Positions 9,486 to 18,871 of a stretch of DNA of 51,281 nucleotides are shown here, one piece after another. The number at the start of each line of letters is the position of its first letter. The first letter of the stretch is position 1. The stretch is from a virus (lineage: Duplodnaviria > Caudoviricetes), in IMG/VR virus record IMGVR_UViG_3300048865_000015, positions 1 through 51,281 of that record. One strand, given 5' to 3'. Below the pieces are notes generated by a model that saw only the letters and a list, made by a program, of their open reading frames with translations, was not told where the DNA came from and did not search any database. The translations under genes were made by a program, and so were the position numbers.

Positions 9486-9855
9486 GGTCCGTGTGGACGT
9501 GGTGCCCATGCCGGCGCCGCGTCCCCGCGCGACGAAGTTCGGGTCCATCTACTACCCGGCCTCCTACTCGGCCCACATGAAAGAGATCGCGGCGAAGCTG
9601 CCGCAGGTCGACGAGCCACCCCTGACGGGCGAGCTGGTAGTCGGCGTCGAACTCGTGTGCAAGCCCATCGCCAAGTCGAAATTCACCACGCCTGCTGGTG
9701 ACGTCGACAACCTCGCAAAGCCGATCCTCGACGTGCTGACCAAACAAGGCTGGTACGCCGACGACCGGCAGATCGTCTCACTCCAAATCCACAAGCGCTT
9801 CCCCGCCGAGGGCGAAGAGCCGCACATCACTTTCCAAATCACGGAACGCACATGA
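9466..9855 (+). CDS. rusA: RusA-like Holliday junction resolvase
   Basis: PAPRPR, GDVDNLAKPILDVL, WYADDRQIV; start uncertain. Confidence 0.85.
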   Translation: MTTRTSKVRVDVVPMPAPRPRATKFGSIYYPASYSAHMKEIAAKLPQVDEPPLTGELVVGVELVCKPIAKSKFTTPAGDVDNLAKPILDVLTKQGWYADDRQIVSLQIHKRFPAEGEEPHITFQITERT

Positions 9856-10118
9856 TTAACGCACTGATCGCCCTGATCCACAAGATCGCCTCGGCGCTGG
9901 AAGCCGCTGTCGAGCGTGAAGAGAAGAAGGCCGAGGCCGCCTTCCAGAAGGCCAAGGAAGCCCTGGAGAAGGCCACCGGCCACCGCAAGACCGCAGCCAC
10001 GGGCGCGAAGACCGCCGCCGCCCTGAAGGACCTCGTGACCATCTATCCGCAGCCCCCGCTGCCCGATGGCGACCCGACGATGGTCCCGGCGCAATACGCC
10101 GACAACTTCAAGAAGTAA
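9852..10118 (+). CDS. Hypothetical protein
   Basis: Overlaps rusA stop (ATGA). Confidence 0.6.
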   Translation: MINALIALIHKIASALEAAVEREEKKAEAAFQKAKEALEKATGHRKTAATGAKTAAALKDLVTIYPQPPLPDGDPTMVPAQYADNFKK

Positions 10119-10151
10119 CCAAACAACCCCCCGCCTACAAGGAACGCAGCA

Positions 10152-10412
10152 ATGAAGCTCTCTCCGCAAGCCATCACCATCCTCCGCCACCTCCAGTCGG
10201 CGGGCTCCATCACCAACGTCGAGGCACACGCCGTTCACCGTGTCCGCTCGCTGTCGCGCCGGATCACCGAGCTGCGCGACGCGGGTGTCCCCATCGAGAA
10301 GGAACGGCGCCGCGACGTCACCGGCCAGATCTACGTCCGCTACAGCCGCGTGCCCGGCAAGCCGCTGCCGAACGACGTCTTCGAGCAGGCATACGGGGGC
10401 TCGTCGAAGTGA
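10152..10412 (+). CDS. Winged helix-turn-helix DNA-binding protein
   Basis: ILRHLQSAGSITNVEA...SLSRRITELRDAG. Confidence 0.75.
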   Translation: MKLSPQAITILRHLQSAGSITNVEAHAVHRVRSLSRRITELRDAGVPIEKERRRDVTGQIYVRYSRVPGKPLPNDVFEQAYGGSSK

Positions 10413-10603
10413 GCGAGCGCACCGAAAGCATCAAGTACGAGCCGGTCGAGGCGGGTCACTACAGCTGCACCGGCTGCGTGTTTGAAGAGGACGACCGGGC
10501 CTGTCTAGCGCACGCCTGCGACCCCGCCAAGTTCCCCCTGGGACACCCGCTGCGTCGCGCGGACGTCTTCGGGATCATCTGGATCAAGAAGGAGCAGCAA
10601 TGA
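10409..10603 (+). CDS. Small Cys-containing hypothetical protein
   Basis: CTGCVF...C...C; coupled overlaps. Confidence 0.55.
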   Translation: MSERTESIKYEPVEAGHYSCTGCVFEEDDRACLAHACDPAKFPLGHPLRRADVFGIIWIKKEQQ

Positions 10604-10827
10604 AGAAGATCGCCGCCGCCATCACGACGGCCCTGTTCCTGGCGACGGTCGCCATGGCCGCCGAGGACATCCTGGTCGACGGCAGCAAGCACCAGCTGCC
10701 TTCGCACAAGCTGGACTGGCACGACACACTGGACGTGGTCAACGACCCGATCCACGGCGTAACCTGCTACGTGGCCCGCGCGAGCGATAGCCATGCGATG
10801 CAGATGCAGTGCCTGAAGACCCAATGA
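10600..10827 (+). CDS. Small exported hypothetical protein
   Basis: AAGGAG RBS; signal peptide MKKIAAAITTALFLATVAMA. Confidence 0.6.
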   Translation: MKKIAAAITTALFLATVAMAAEDILVDGSKHQLPSHKLDWHDTLDVVNDPIHGVTCYVARASDSHAMQMQCLKTQ

Positions 10828-11126
10828 CCCGTTTCCTCGCCTGGATGGCCGCACTCGCGGTCATCGTGTTCGGGGTCGTCAAGTGCAGCGGCTCCGATTG
10901 GTATCAGCGCGAACAGGCTGACGCCCGTGCGCAGCAGATAGCCCGGGAGACCCCGCACGTTATCCGCGATAGCGGCGACGGCTGCAAGGTGTACGCCTTC
11001 GAGGCCGGCGGTCGCACGCACTACTTCACGCGGTGCCCGGACAGCCGCACTACCACCGAGTCCAGTTGGACGGAGACCTGCGGCAAGAATTGCCACCGCA
11101 CGATCACCGAAAGCATCCCGAACTAA
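10824..11126 (+). CDS. Membrane-anchored hypothetical protein
   Basis: N-terminal hydrophobic helix; DGCKVYAF; ATGA overlap. Confidence 0.6.
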   Translation: MTRFLAWMAALAVIVFGVVKCSGSDWYQREQADARAQQIARETPHVIRDSGDGCKVYAFEAGGRTHYFTRCPDSRTTTESSWTETCGKNCHRTITESIPN

Positions 11127-11131
11127 ACCCC

Positions 11132-11156
11132 GCCCGCTACCCAGCGGGCATTTTTT
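11132..11156 (+). terminator. Intrinsic terminator
   Basis: gcccgct-accc-agcgggc-atttttt. Confidence 0.7.
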
Positions 11157-11161
11157 CGCCT

Positions 11162-11857
11162 ATGCAGACTATGAGCATCCACACCAGCAGCATCACGCAG
11201 CACAAGGGCCTGATGCCCGCCACCGCAGACGCGAAGCGGATCCAGTACGAGTCAATGTTCTTCCGCGCGAGCCCCAAATTCGCGGAGGACGAGGGCGATG
11301 ACCTGACCATCGCGTTCCTACAGTCAGCGTCGAGCCTGTGGGGCAATCTGGACGATTGCATCATCGACACCCGATGGCACTACCTGATGCCCGGGATGTA
11401 CCCGTGCATCCCCGGCTGGCACGTCGACGACGCACCGCGCGATCCGAAGAAGTACGGCGGCCAACCGGACCTCTGGACCGACGGGGTCGGGCCGGAGCAT
11501 CTACTGTGTGTGGTCGATACCGGCACCGGCTCCCTCACGCAGTTCCTGGAAAGCGCCCCGTTCATCCCGAAGACGGTCCTCGTCGAGGACCTGGAACACA
11601 GCGGCGCCAACTTCTTCAAGACAGCTGACCAGCTCATCGAATTCCAGCGTTCCATGCACAACGGGATCAAGACCACCACCGTGGACCCCGGCGCCATCGT
11701 GGAATTCGACTCGCGCTCCTGGCATCGCGGAATGCCAGCGACCGGCAAGGGGTTCCGCTGGTTCGCGCGGATGACGCGCGGGTCGCACCACAAGCCGGCG
11801 AACGAGATCCGCCACAACTCCCAGGTCTACCTGACCGATGCCAACCAAGGATGGTAA
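11162..11857 (+). CDS. Putative 2OG-Fe(II) dioxygenase-fold protein
   Basis: PGWHVDD (HxD) and distal WHRG...RWFAR. Confidence 0.55.
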   Translation: MQTMSIHTSSITQHKGLMPATADAKRIQYESMFFRASPKFAEDEGDDLTIAFLQSASSLWGNLDDCIIDTRWHYLMPGMYPCIPGWHVDDAPRDPKKYGGQPDLWTDGVGPEHLLCVVDTGTGSLTQFLESAPFIPKTVLVEDLEHSGANFFKTADQLIEFQRSMHNGIKTTTVDPGAIVEFDSRSWHRGMPATGKGFRWFARMTRGSHHKPANEIRHNSQVYLTDANQGW

Positions 11858-11860
11858 CGA

Positions 11861-12031
11861 ATGACGAAAGAAGCAATCACGACGACGACCCTGAAATTCC
11901 GTGGGTACTTCGCCACTCACCTGGGCGGCGATAACTGGATGCTGCGCGGGCGCGGCGAGCGTCGCACGATCAAGCACGCGGAGCTGCAAGCCCTGCTGAA
12001 CGCCCGTCCCAAGAAGAAGGTGGCCCGCTGA
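11861..12031 (+). CDS. Small basic hypothetical protein (56 aa)
   Basis: Manual translation MTKEAITTTTLKFRG...KKKVAR; fills the gap, TGATG overlap with primase. Confidence 0.5.
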   Translation: MTKEAITTTTLKFRGYFATHLGGDNWMLRGRGERRTIKHAELQALLNARPKKKVAR

Positions 12032-13680
12032 TGCAGGAATCGGAGTCGACACTGGTATCGAAAGGGCCGTGCGACGACTGCGGATCCAGCGACGCATGCG
12101 CAACATACGATGATGGGCACACGCACTGTTTCTCTTGTGGTGAGACCCGCCAGAACGGGGCCTCGCCGGGGGCAGCAACTGCTGCTCCAAAGCGCCCGAA
12201 GGAGCTACTCCCGATTGGCGAGTACATCGACCTCAACAAGCGGTGCCTCGACGAGGCAACCTGCCGGCGCTACGGATACAGCGTCGGTGAGGATCGGGAA
12301 GGCGGAGTCGTCCAGATAGCGACGTACTGCGACCCCCTGGGTAACCCGGTGGCGCAGAAGTGCCGTACCCCCGACAAGGAGTTCTTCGTCGTGGGCTCGC
12401 TGAAAAAAGCAGGGCTGTACGGCCAGCACCTGTGGCGCACGAAGGGCAAGCGGCTCATCATCACCGAGGGTGAGATCGACTGTCTCTCCGTCGCCCAGGC
12501 GCAGTCGCTGAAGTGGCCCGTGGTGTCCGTCCCGAACGGCGCACAGGGCGCGGCGAAGGCCATCGCGGCGCAGCTCGAATGGGTCTCCGGCTACGACGAG
12601 GTCGTCCTCTGGTTCGACAACGACGAGCCGGGCCGCGCGGCGGTCGAGGACTGCGTCAAGATCCTGCCGGCCGGCAAGGTCAAGGTCGTGTTCGCACCGG
12701 GCGATCTCAAGGACGCCAACGACGTCCTGCGTGAGCTGGGGCCAACCGCAGTGGTCAACCTGCTGTGGGAAGCGAAGGTCTACCGGCCGGACGGCGTACT
12801 CGGCGGCGAAGAGCTGACCGTGGAGCGCCTGAAGGCGAAGACCGCCCCGGGATGGCAGACGCCCTACCCCCTGGTCAATGCCATGACGCGAGGCATCCGC
12901 CCGCGCCAGCTCTGGGTCATCACCGCAGGCACCGGCGTCGGTAAGTCGACGGACGCCCGCGAGTGGATGTACGCCGCGCTGTGCGAAGGCAAGTCATGCG
13001 GCGCCGTGTTCCTTGAAGAATCCGTCGAGGACACCGCGAAGTATCTGGTTGCCCTGGACAACAACGTGCTGGCCGAGGACCTGGAAGACAACCCGGAGAT
13101 CCTGACGGATGCGCAGTGGGCTGCTTCGTTGAAGAAGCTGTTCCGCGAGAACCTGTACCAGACCTACGAGCACTTCGGCGCCACGGACACAGACGGCCTG
13201 CTGGCGAAGCTGGAGTTCATGGCAGTCAACGGGGCTGAGTTGATCTTCCTGGATCACCTGACCATCGCCACCACCGGCCTGGACAACGACGAGCAGGACG
13301 AGTTCATCGTCAAGCTGCGTTCGATGGTCGAGCGTACCGGCGTGAGCATCGTTGCCATCGCCCACATCCGCAAGGAATCCACGGGCATGCGCACGGCTGA
13401 AGAGGGGGCGCAGATTTCCCTGAGCGCTCTGAAGGGCTCTGCGGTCCTCAAGCAGGTCCCCGACGTCATCCTGGCGAAGGAACGGAACCAGCAGGCGACC
13501 GACCCGCGCGAGCGCGACGTGTCCCAGCTGCGCGTCCTGAAGGTGCGGCGCGGTGGCAAGACGGGCCTCGCAGACCGGCTCCTGTACGACGCCAAGACGG
13601 GTCGGATGAAGCCGCTGCCGCCGGAGCCGGACCCAATGGACGTGGACGAGAGCGGGGTCGGTGACGACATCCCGTTCTGA
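12031..13680 (+). CDS. Primase/helicase (T7 gp4-like)
   Basis: Zn finger CDDCGSSD...CFSC, TOPRIM ITEGEID/FDNDEPG, Walker A AGTGVGKST, IFLDHL. Confidence 0.95.
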   Translation: MQESESTLVSKGPCDDCGSSDACATYDDGHTHCFSCGETRQNGASPGAATAAPKRPKELLPIGEYIDLNKRCLDEATCRRYGYSVGEDREGGVVQIATYCDPLGNPVAQKCRTPDKEFFVVGSLKKAGLYGQHLWRTKGKRLIITEGEIDCLSVAQAQSLKWPVVSVPNGAQGAAKAIAAQLEWVSGYDEVVLWFDNDEPGRAAVEDCVKILPAGKVKVVFAPGDLKDANDVLRELGPTAVVNLLWEAKVYRPDGVLGGEELTVERLKAKTAPGWQTPYPLVNAMTRGIRPRQLWVITAGTGVGKSTDAREWMYAALCEGKSCGAVFLEESVEDTAKYLVALDNNVLAEDLEDNPEILTDAQWAASLKKLFRENLYQTYEHFGATDTDGLLAKLEFMAVNGAELIFLDHLTIATTGLDNDEQDEFIVKLRSMVERTGVSIVAIAHIRKESTGMRTAEEGAQISLSALKGSAVLKQVPDVILAKERNQQATDPRERDVSQLRVLKVRRGGKTGLADRLLYDAKTGRMKPLPPEPDPMDVDESGVGDDIPF

Positions 13681-13993
13681 TGGGATCGCCCGAACGCTGC
13701 TCCGCCTCTCCAAGTACCGCGCAAAGAGGGATGGCATACGCCACACCCTGACCCTCGCTGACATTCACGTTCCCGAGTATTGCCCCGTCCTGGGCATACG
13801 TCTCAAACCGTCCAAGGGACGCGCCGGCCCCGCTTCGCCGTCCCTGGACCGCATCAACCCCCGCCGTGGATACACCCCCGACAACGTCGTCGTCGTGTCC
13901 TGGCGGGCCAACTCAATCAAGAAGGACGGCACCCCAGAAGAGCTGGAGCGTGTCGCGTCCTTCTATCGACAAATAGCTGACCGGAAGAAATGA
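13661..13993 (+). CDS. HNH-type endonuclease
   Basis: CPVLG...SPSLDRINPRRGYTPDNVVVVSWRAN..K. Confidence 0.75.
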   Translation: MTTSRSDGIARTLLRLSKYRAKRDGIRHTLTLADIHVPEYCPVLGIRLKPSKGRAGPASPSLDRINPRRGYTPDNVVVVSWRANSIKKDGTPEELERVASFYRQIADRKK

Positions 13994-14184
13994 CCGACAT
14001 CCTGGTAGTTGATACCCGCACCGAGTACCGCGCATGGCGCCGCGTCTCGGAACACAACCGCACCCTACTCGACATCAAGGCTGCTGCGGAAGATGCAGCG
14101 AAGCGCTGTATCGCAGATGGCCGCCTGCCCGTGATGGTCGAAGTGACCATCAAGGTGGCCCCCGTCGACACGGTGGGCGAATGA
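13990..14184 (+). CDS. Hypothetical protein
   Basis: ATGA-coupled on both sides. Confidence 0.55.
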   Translation: MTDILVVDTRTEYRAWRRVSEHNRTLLDIKAAAEDAAKRCIADGRLPVMVEVTIKVAPVDTVGE

Positions 14185-16058
14185 CCGCCCCGACCAAGCC
14201 GCTCGCATTCGACCTGGAGACCAACGGGTTCCTGATGGAACTCGACCGAATCTGGGTGATGGGAGTGGGCGAGGTCGGGACCGACGAGGTCACCACCTAC
14301 ACCGATTACGACAAGAATTATCCCCCGCTGGCCGAAGGCGTCGAGCGCCTGCGCCAGCAGGTCCAGGGCGGCGGCAAGGTCGTTGCCCACAACGGCATCA
14401 ACTTCGACCGCAAGGCCCTGCTCAAGGTCACCGGCCTGGACATCCCGTGGTGGTCGATGATCGACACGCTGGTCGCCGGCCGCCTGCGCAACCCCGAGCG
14501 TCTCGGCGGGCACTCCCTCGAAAGCTACGGCACGGAGATGGGGATCCTGAAGGGCTCGCACAAAGAGTTCGACCGCTACTCCGAAGAGATGCGCTCGTAC
14601 TGCGGGCAGGACATCGTCGTCACCAAGGCGCTGTACGACAAGCTCACGCCGGTATTCGGCTGGGGCGAGTCCTTCAGCCTGGAGATGTACGTCGCCTACC
14701 TCATCGACCTCCAGATGGAGAACGGGTTCAAGCTCAACGTCCGCGAGGCGATGACGCTGGCCGCCGAATTCTGGGAAGAGCGCACGCGCTGCCTCTCCGA
14801 GATGCAACGGGTGTTCCCTCCGATCTACGTGTCGGCCGGGCTGACCGTGCCGAAGCGCTCGCAGACGCGGGCCGGCGTTAGCTACACGGCCGGCGCACCG
14901 TACACCAAGATCGAGATGCAGGAGTTCAACCCCGGCTCCGAGCATCACGTCGCGCGGCGCCTGAAGGCGAGGTACGGCTGGGTCGCCCCGCTCACCGAGA
15001 TGGGCAACCCGAACATCACCGAGGCGGTCCTGAAGAAGCTGGACTTCCCAGAGGTCCAACCGCTGCTGCGTTTCATGCGCGTGGACAAGCAGTGGACCCA
15101 GGTGGCCGCGCCGCCGAAGATCAAGAAGGACACCGGCAAGCGCATGGGCGGCGGATGGCTGCACCACGCCGACGAGAACGACCGCGTCCATGGCTACGTG
15201 AATCCCAACGGCGCCGTCACCGGGCGCATGACGCACTCGAATCCCAACTCCGCGAACATCGACAAGGACGAGCGGATGCGGGCGCTGTGGATCGCGGATG
15301 TCGGATATGTGCTGGTCGGCTGCGACGCCGAGGGTATCGAGCTGCGCAACCTCGCGCATTACCTGTACCCCTACGACGGCGGCCGGCTGACGCGACAGGT
15401 CCTGGAGGGCGACAAGGCCCAAGGGACCGACGCGCACTCCATGAACCGGAAGAACACCGACCTGTTCTCGCGCGACGGCGCGAAGACGCTGCTGTATGGC
15501 TGCTTGTACGGGGCCGGCGATGAGAAGGCTGGCGCCATCTGGATCGCGGATTGGCAGGCCAGCGGCAAGCCGAAGGGCGAATGGCCGCAGTGGGCGTTCA
15601 AGGGCGGCAAGCTGAAGCCGGCGAAGCTCATCGGGAAGGTCTGCAAGCAGCGCCTGATCGACGGTATCAAGGGCTTCCGCTCACTCATTGGCGACATCCA
15701 GGCGGCGGCGAAAGAGCGTGGATGGCTCAAGGGTCTCGACGGTCGTCGAGTGCGCGTCCGCTCGCAGCACGCCGCGCTCAACACGCTGCTCCAGTCGGCC
15801 GGCGCCGTACTCATGAAGAAGGCGCTCTGCATCTACCACGAGGACATCACCAAGGTCCACGGGCTGGTTCATGGCGTCGACTTCCGCTACGTCGCAAACA
15901 TCCACGATGAGGTCCAGCAGGAGGTCCGACCCCAGTACGCCGAGCTGGCCGGCAAGACGTTCGCGCAGGCCATCACCAAGGCCGGCGAGCACTTCAAGTT
16001 CCGATGCCGTCTCGACGGCTCCTACGACATAGGAAACAACTGGCATGAAACCCATTGA
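14181..16058 (+). CDS. DNA polymerase family A (T7 gp5-like)
   Basis: FDLET, AHNGINFD, GAVTGR, DAEGIELR, RDGAKTLLYGCLYG, NIHDEVQ. Confidence 0.95.
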   Translation: MTAPTKPLAFDLETNGFLMELDRIWVMGVGEVGTDEVTTYTDYDKNYPPLAEGVERLRQQVQGGGKVVAHNGINFDRKALLKVTGLDIPWWSMIDTLVAGRLRNPERLGGHSLESYGTEMGILKGSHKEFDRYSEEMRSYCGQDIVVTKALYDKLTPVFGWGESFSLEMYVAYLIDLQMENGFKLNVREAMTLAAEFWEERTRCLSEMQRVFPPIYVSAGLTVPKRSQTRAGVSYTAGAPYTKIEMQEFNPGSEHHVARRLKARYGWVAPLTEMGNPNITEAVLKKLDFPEVQPLLRFMRVDKQWTQVAAPPKIKKDTGKRMGGGWLHHADENDRVHGYVNPNGAVTGRMTHSNPNSANIDKDERMRALWIADVGYVLVGCDAEGIELRNLAHYLYPYDGGRLTRQVLEGDKAQGTDAHSMNRKNTDLFSRDGAKTLLYGCLYGAGDEKAGAIWIADWQASGKPKGEWPQWAFKGGKLKPAKLIGKVCKQRLIDGIKGFRSLIGDIQAAAKERGWLKGLDGRRVRVRSQHAALNTLLQSAGAVLMKKALCIYHEDITKVHGLVHGVDFRYVANIHDEVQQEVRPQYAELAGKTFAQAITKAGEHFKFRCRLDGSYDIGNNWHETH

Positions 16059-16353
16059 CGAGTTTGATCTGCCCTCGTTCCTGACCCGGTATCGAGAGCA
16101 GGACAACGAGTTCTATGAGGTGGAGAACGGGATCAAGTTGGTCCAGTCCGGTGATTGGCAGGATGAGGGCAAGTATTCCTACAGGTCCGACACCTACCAG
16201 CACGTAGCCACCGGCCGATTCTTCGCCATCTCTAAGTCCCGCAGTGGCTCGTACTTCACCGACTACGACTACGGCGACCCCGACATCTTCGAGGTCTACC
16301 CGCACGTCGTCACGCGCATCGAATACCACACCAAACCGCAGGAGCAACAATGA
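16045..16353 (+). CDS. Hypothetical phage protein
   Basis: 102-aa ORF with RSGSYFTDY. Confidence 0.65.
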   Translation: MKPIDEFDLPSFLTRYREQDNEFYEVENGIKLVQSGDWQDEGKYSYRSDTYQHVATGRFFAISKSRSGSYFTDYDYGDPDIFEVYPHVVTRIEYHTKPQEQQ

Positions 16354-16514
16354 ACATTATCTCCGCAGTCATCGCGATCACTTTCATCGCCCTCGCGGTT
16401 GCCTTCGACTTCGTCGTGACCGTCACTTTGTTCGCGGCGATAGTGCTGGCCGGCTTGCTGATCTACGGCTGGCCCGTCCTGCTGGTCATCGGCGTCTACA
16501 AGGTGTTCTTCTGA
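16350..16514 (+). CDS. Small membrane protein (54 aa)
   Basis: GGAG RBS; MNIISAVIAITFIALAVAF..., hydrophobic. Confidence 0.55.
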   Translation: MNIISAVIAITFIALAVAFDFVVTVTLFAAIVLAGLLIYGWPVLLVIGVYKVFF

Positions 16515-16633
16515 TGTCGGATCGCATCATGGACCGCATCATGACCACCTGCCTAGTGGTAGCAATGGTCGCCGCGACCTCGCTTCTGGTGGAACTCGCC
16601 ATCGGGACCATCGTGCTGATGCTCACCAGCTAG
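16514..16633 (+). CDS. Small membrane protein (39 aa)
   Basis: TGATG coupling; hydrophobic. Confidence 0.45.
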   Translation: MSDRIMDRIMTTCLVVAMVAATSLLVELAIGTIVLMLTS

Positions 16634-17427
16634 TGACCATCGCGCTGATTGATGGCGACGAGGCGATCTACAAAGCCACCGTCATCAAGGTCGAGGACAC
16701 CGACTGGGAAGCGGAGACCATCACTTCCCGTCCCCCGACTTTCGAGGAAGCATGCGACGCCCTGGACCGCATCGTGGACGCATGGGTCCAGGCGGTCGAC
16801 GCAGACGAGTACGTGTTCTGCCTGAGCCCGAAGCAGCGCGGCCTGTTCCGCCGGGGCATCTACCCGGACTACAAGCAGGCTCGCGGCGAGAAGCCCGAGC
16901 AGTACAAGCCGCTGGAGGACTGGTGCCACGAGAACCTGCCGGTTGTCTGGTATCACGGCCTAGAGGCCGACGACGTCATGGGCGTCCTGTCCGGTGAGGG
17001 CAAGGTCATCTGCTCCAACGACAAGGACATGAAGACCGTCCCGGGCCGGCTGTACATCACCGGCAAGCAGCAGCTGGTCACCATCACCCCGTCCCGCGCG
17101 GACTGGCAGTGGATGTACCAGACCCTCATGGGCGACTCCACGGACGGCTTCGGCGGCTGCATAGGCTGCGGCCCGAAGACCGCCGAGAAGATCCTGGACG
17201 AATGCACCAACCTGCGCGAGATGGTCGACGCTGCCGTGGCGCAGTACGAGGCCCCGAAGAAGGGCAAGTACAAGGACGTCAGCCAGACCCGCCAGGACTT
17301 CCGCATCCAGACCGGGCTCGCCCGAATCCTCCGACCTTCCGACTACAACCCAAAGACCGGGGATGTTCGCTACGCCATCCCGGGACAGAAGGACATTTCA
17401 TTCAATGCAAGAAGCTACGCAGCGTGA
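16633..17427 (+). CDS. 5'-3' exonuclease (T7 gp6-like)
   Basis: ALIDGD, YKQAR, LEADDVMG, DKDM, GDSTDGFGGCIGCGPKTA. Confidence 0.92.
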   Translation: MTIALIDGDEAIYKATVIKVEDTDWEAETITSRPPTFEEACDALDRIVDAWVQAVDADEYVFCLSPKQRGLFRRGIYPDYKQARGEKPEQYKPLEDWCHENLPVVWYHGLEADDVMGVLSGEGKVICSNDKDMKTVPGRLYITGKQQLVTITPSRADWQWMYQTLMGDSTDGFGGCIGCGPKTAEKILDECTNLREMVDAAVAQYEAPKKGKYKDVSQTRQDFRIQTGLARILRPSDYNPKTGDVRYAIPGQKDISFNARSYAA

Positions 17428-17965
17428 CCCGTTCCCGCTGATCGGCCTCACCGGCCGCGCCCGCGTGGGCAAGGACACCGTCGCAAAGTTTCTAGCGGAC
17501 GAGGCGATGTACAAGGCCATCTCGTTCGCGGAGCCGATGCGGGTGTTTGTCTGCGAGATCGCCGGGATCCCCCGGGAACAACTGGACGAGGTCAAGGACT
17601 CGGTCATCCCGTGGCTGGGCAAGAGCCCGCGACAGATGCTCCAGTCCCTGGGCACCGAGTGGGGCCGCGAGATGGTCAAGCAATCCATTTGGATCGACGT
17701 CTGTATGGCGCGGGCCAGTCAGCTCAAGCGGGCCGTGGTGACTGACGTTCGGTTCGACGACGAGGCCCAGGCCATCCACGCACGCGGCGGCAAGATCGTG
17801 AAGGTCATCCGCCCCGACGCCCTGGAGGTCAGCTCGCACATCTCCGAGATGGGCATCTCGCCGTGGCTGGTCGACGACACGATCATCAACGACGGGTCGA
17901 TGCGCGACCTCCAGCGCAAGGTCTGCGGCCTCACCCACCGCTACTGGCTGGAGCGCAACCAATGA
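17405..17965 (+). CDS. Deoxynucleoside monophosphate kinase
   Basis: IGLTGRARVGKDT, SPRQMLQSLGTEWGR, VTDVRFDDE, HISE. Confidence 0.9.
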   Translation: MQEATQRDPFPLIGLTGRARVGKDTVAKFLADEAMYKAISFAEPMRVFVCEIAGIPREQLDEVKDSVIPWLGKSPRQMLQSLGTEWGREMVKQSIWIDVCMARASQLKRAVVTDVRFDDEAQAIHARGGKIVKVIRPDALEVSSHISEMGISPWLVDDTIINDGSMRDLQRKVCGLTHRYWLERNQ

Positions 17966-18576
17966 TCGGCGCCGCCGTCTCCTGGATCGCCGGGGCCATC
18001 CCGGCGTCCGCCCGTAAGTACGTCCTGGCGGCGCTCGCGGCGGTCGCCCTGGCGGTCGCGGGTCTCCTGTACCGAGCCCACGTCTACGACGAGGGTGTCA
18101 CCGCCGGCCTTGCCCAGGCCAAAGCAACCTACGACGCCGCCCTGGCCCAGGCGCGGCAGCAGGACGAGGCCGTGTCCAAGCAAGCGACCGACGCCCTGCG
18201 AACTCAACTCAAGGAGGAAACCGATGCGCACAAAGTTCGCCTGGATCAGCTCCAGGCTGCGCTGGCTACTGCTGGCGCCGATAACGTTCGCCTCAGCAAT
18301 GAGCTTGTCCGCCTGCACAACGACGCCGCCGGTGGTCGTCCGCGAGCTGCCACCGCTGCCGCCGGCCCTGGCAAAGCCGCCCCAGCCGCTGAAGGAGCTG
18401 TCAGCGTCCAGTCAGGTATCACCCTGAAGGACCTGATGCTCAATGATGAAACGAATTACACGATCTGCCGGAAGAATGCTCAACGGCATCAAGCGGTTCT
18501 GGACTGGTACAACGCCCTCCGAAATGGGGACGCAGCAGGCCAAGCCAAGGCGCTATCCGAGGTCGACGGCGAGTAA
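17962..18576 (+). CDS. Inner-membrane spanin (Rz-like)
   Basis: N-terminal TM helix, Ala-rich coiled coil, C-terminal NYTIC; contains a nested lipoprotein ORF. Confidence 0.7.
   Translation: MIGAAVSWIAGAIPASARKYVLAALAAVALAVAGLLYRAHVYDEGVTAGLAQAKATYDAALAQARQQDEAVSKQATDALRTQLKEETDAHKVRLDQLQAALATAGADNVRLSNELVRLHNDAAGGRPRAATAAAGPGKAAPAAEGAVSVQSGITLKDLMLNDETNYTICRKNAQRHQAVLDWYNALRNGDAAGQAKALSEVDGE
18224..18427 (+). CDS. Outer-membrane spanin lipoprotein (Rz1-like), nested in +1 frame
   Basis: AAGGAGG RBS at 18211; signal peptide with lipobox LSAC; Pro-rich mature part. Confidence 0.75.
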   Translation: MRTKFAWISSRLRWLLLAPITFASAMSLSACTTTPPVVVRELPPLPPALAKPPQPLKELSASSQVSP

Positions 18577-18871
18577 CTCGACACAAGGTAGAGGCGACCC
18601 TATATCTCTAAGATCCTTAGGATCTCTAGGAGAGGACGAGGGTGACATTCCGGCCAACTGCCCGAGCCAGACGGATCTCCGTACCGTCGGCAGTTGGCTC
18701 GCCCACCAATACCCCCTGGAGTCCTTGCTCGACCTGATCCGGTCCAAGGACTACTCGGCCGCCCATGAACTCACTGGTGCTCACGATGCCATCCAAGCCA
18801 TATTCCAACTGGCGGATGACCTGGACGAGGCACAGCGGGACGCGGAGCAAGCGGAAGAAGTCAGTCTGTGA
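18443..18871 (+). CDS. Hypothetical protein (start uncertain)
   Basis: Acidic helical C-terminal half fills the gap after the spanin. Confidence 0.4.
   Translation: MMKRITRSAGRMLNGIKRFWTGTTPSEMGTQQAKPRRYPRSTASNSTQGRGDPISLRSLGSLGEDEGDIPANCPSQTDLRTVGSWLAHQYPLESLLDLIRSKDYSAAHELTGAHDAIQAIFQLADDLDEAQRDAEQAEEVSL
18570..18593 (+). promoter_or_regulatory. Putative phage-RNAP (late) promoter CGAGTAACTCGACACAAGGTAGAG
   Basis: Exact 24-bp match at 48617-48640; heads the morphogenesis block. Confidence 0.6.
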
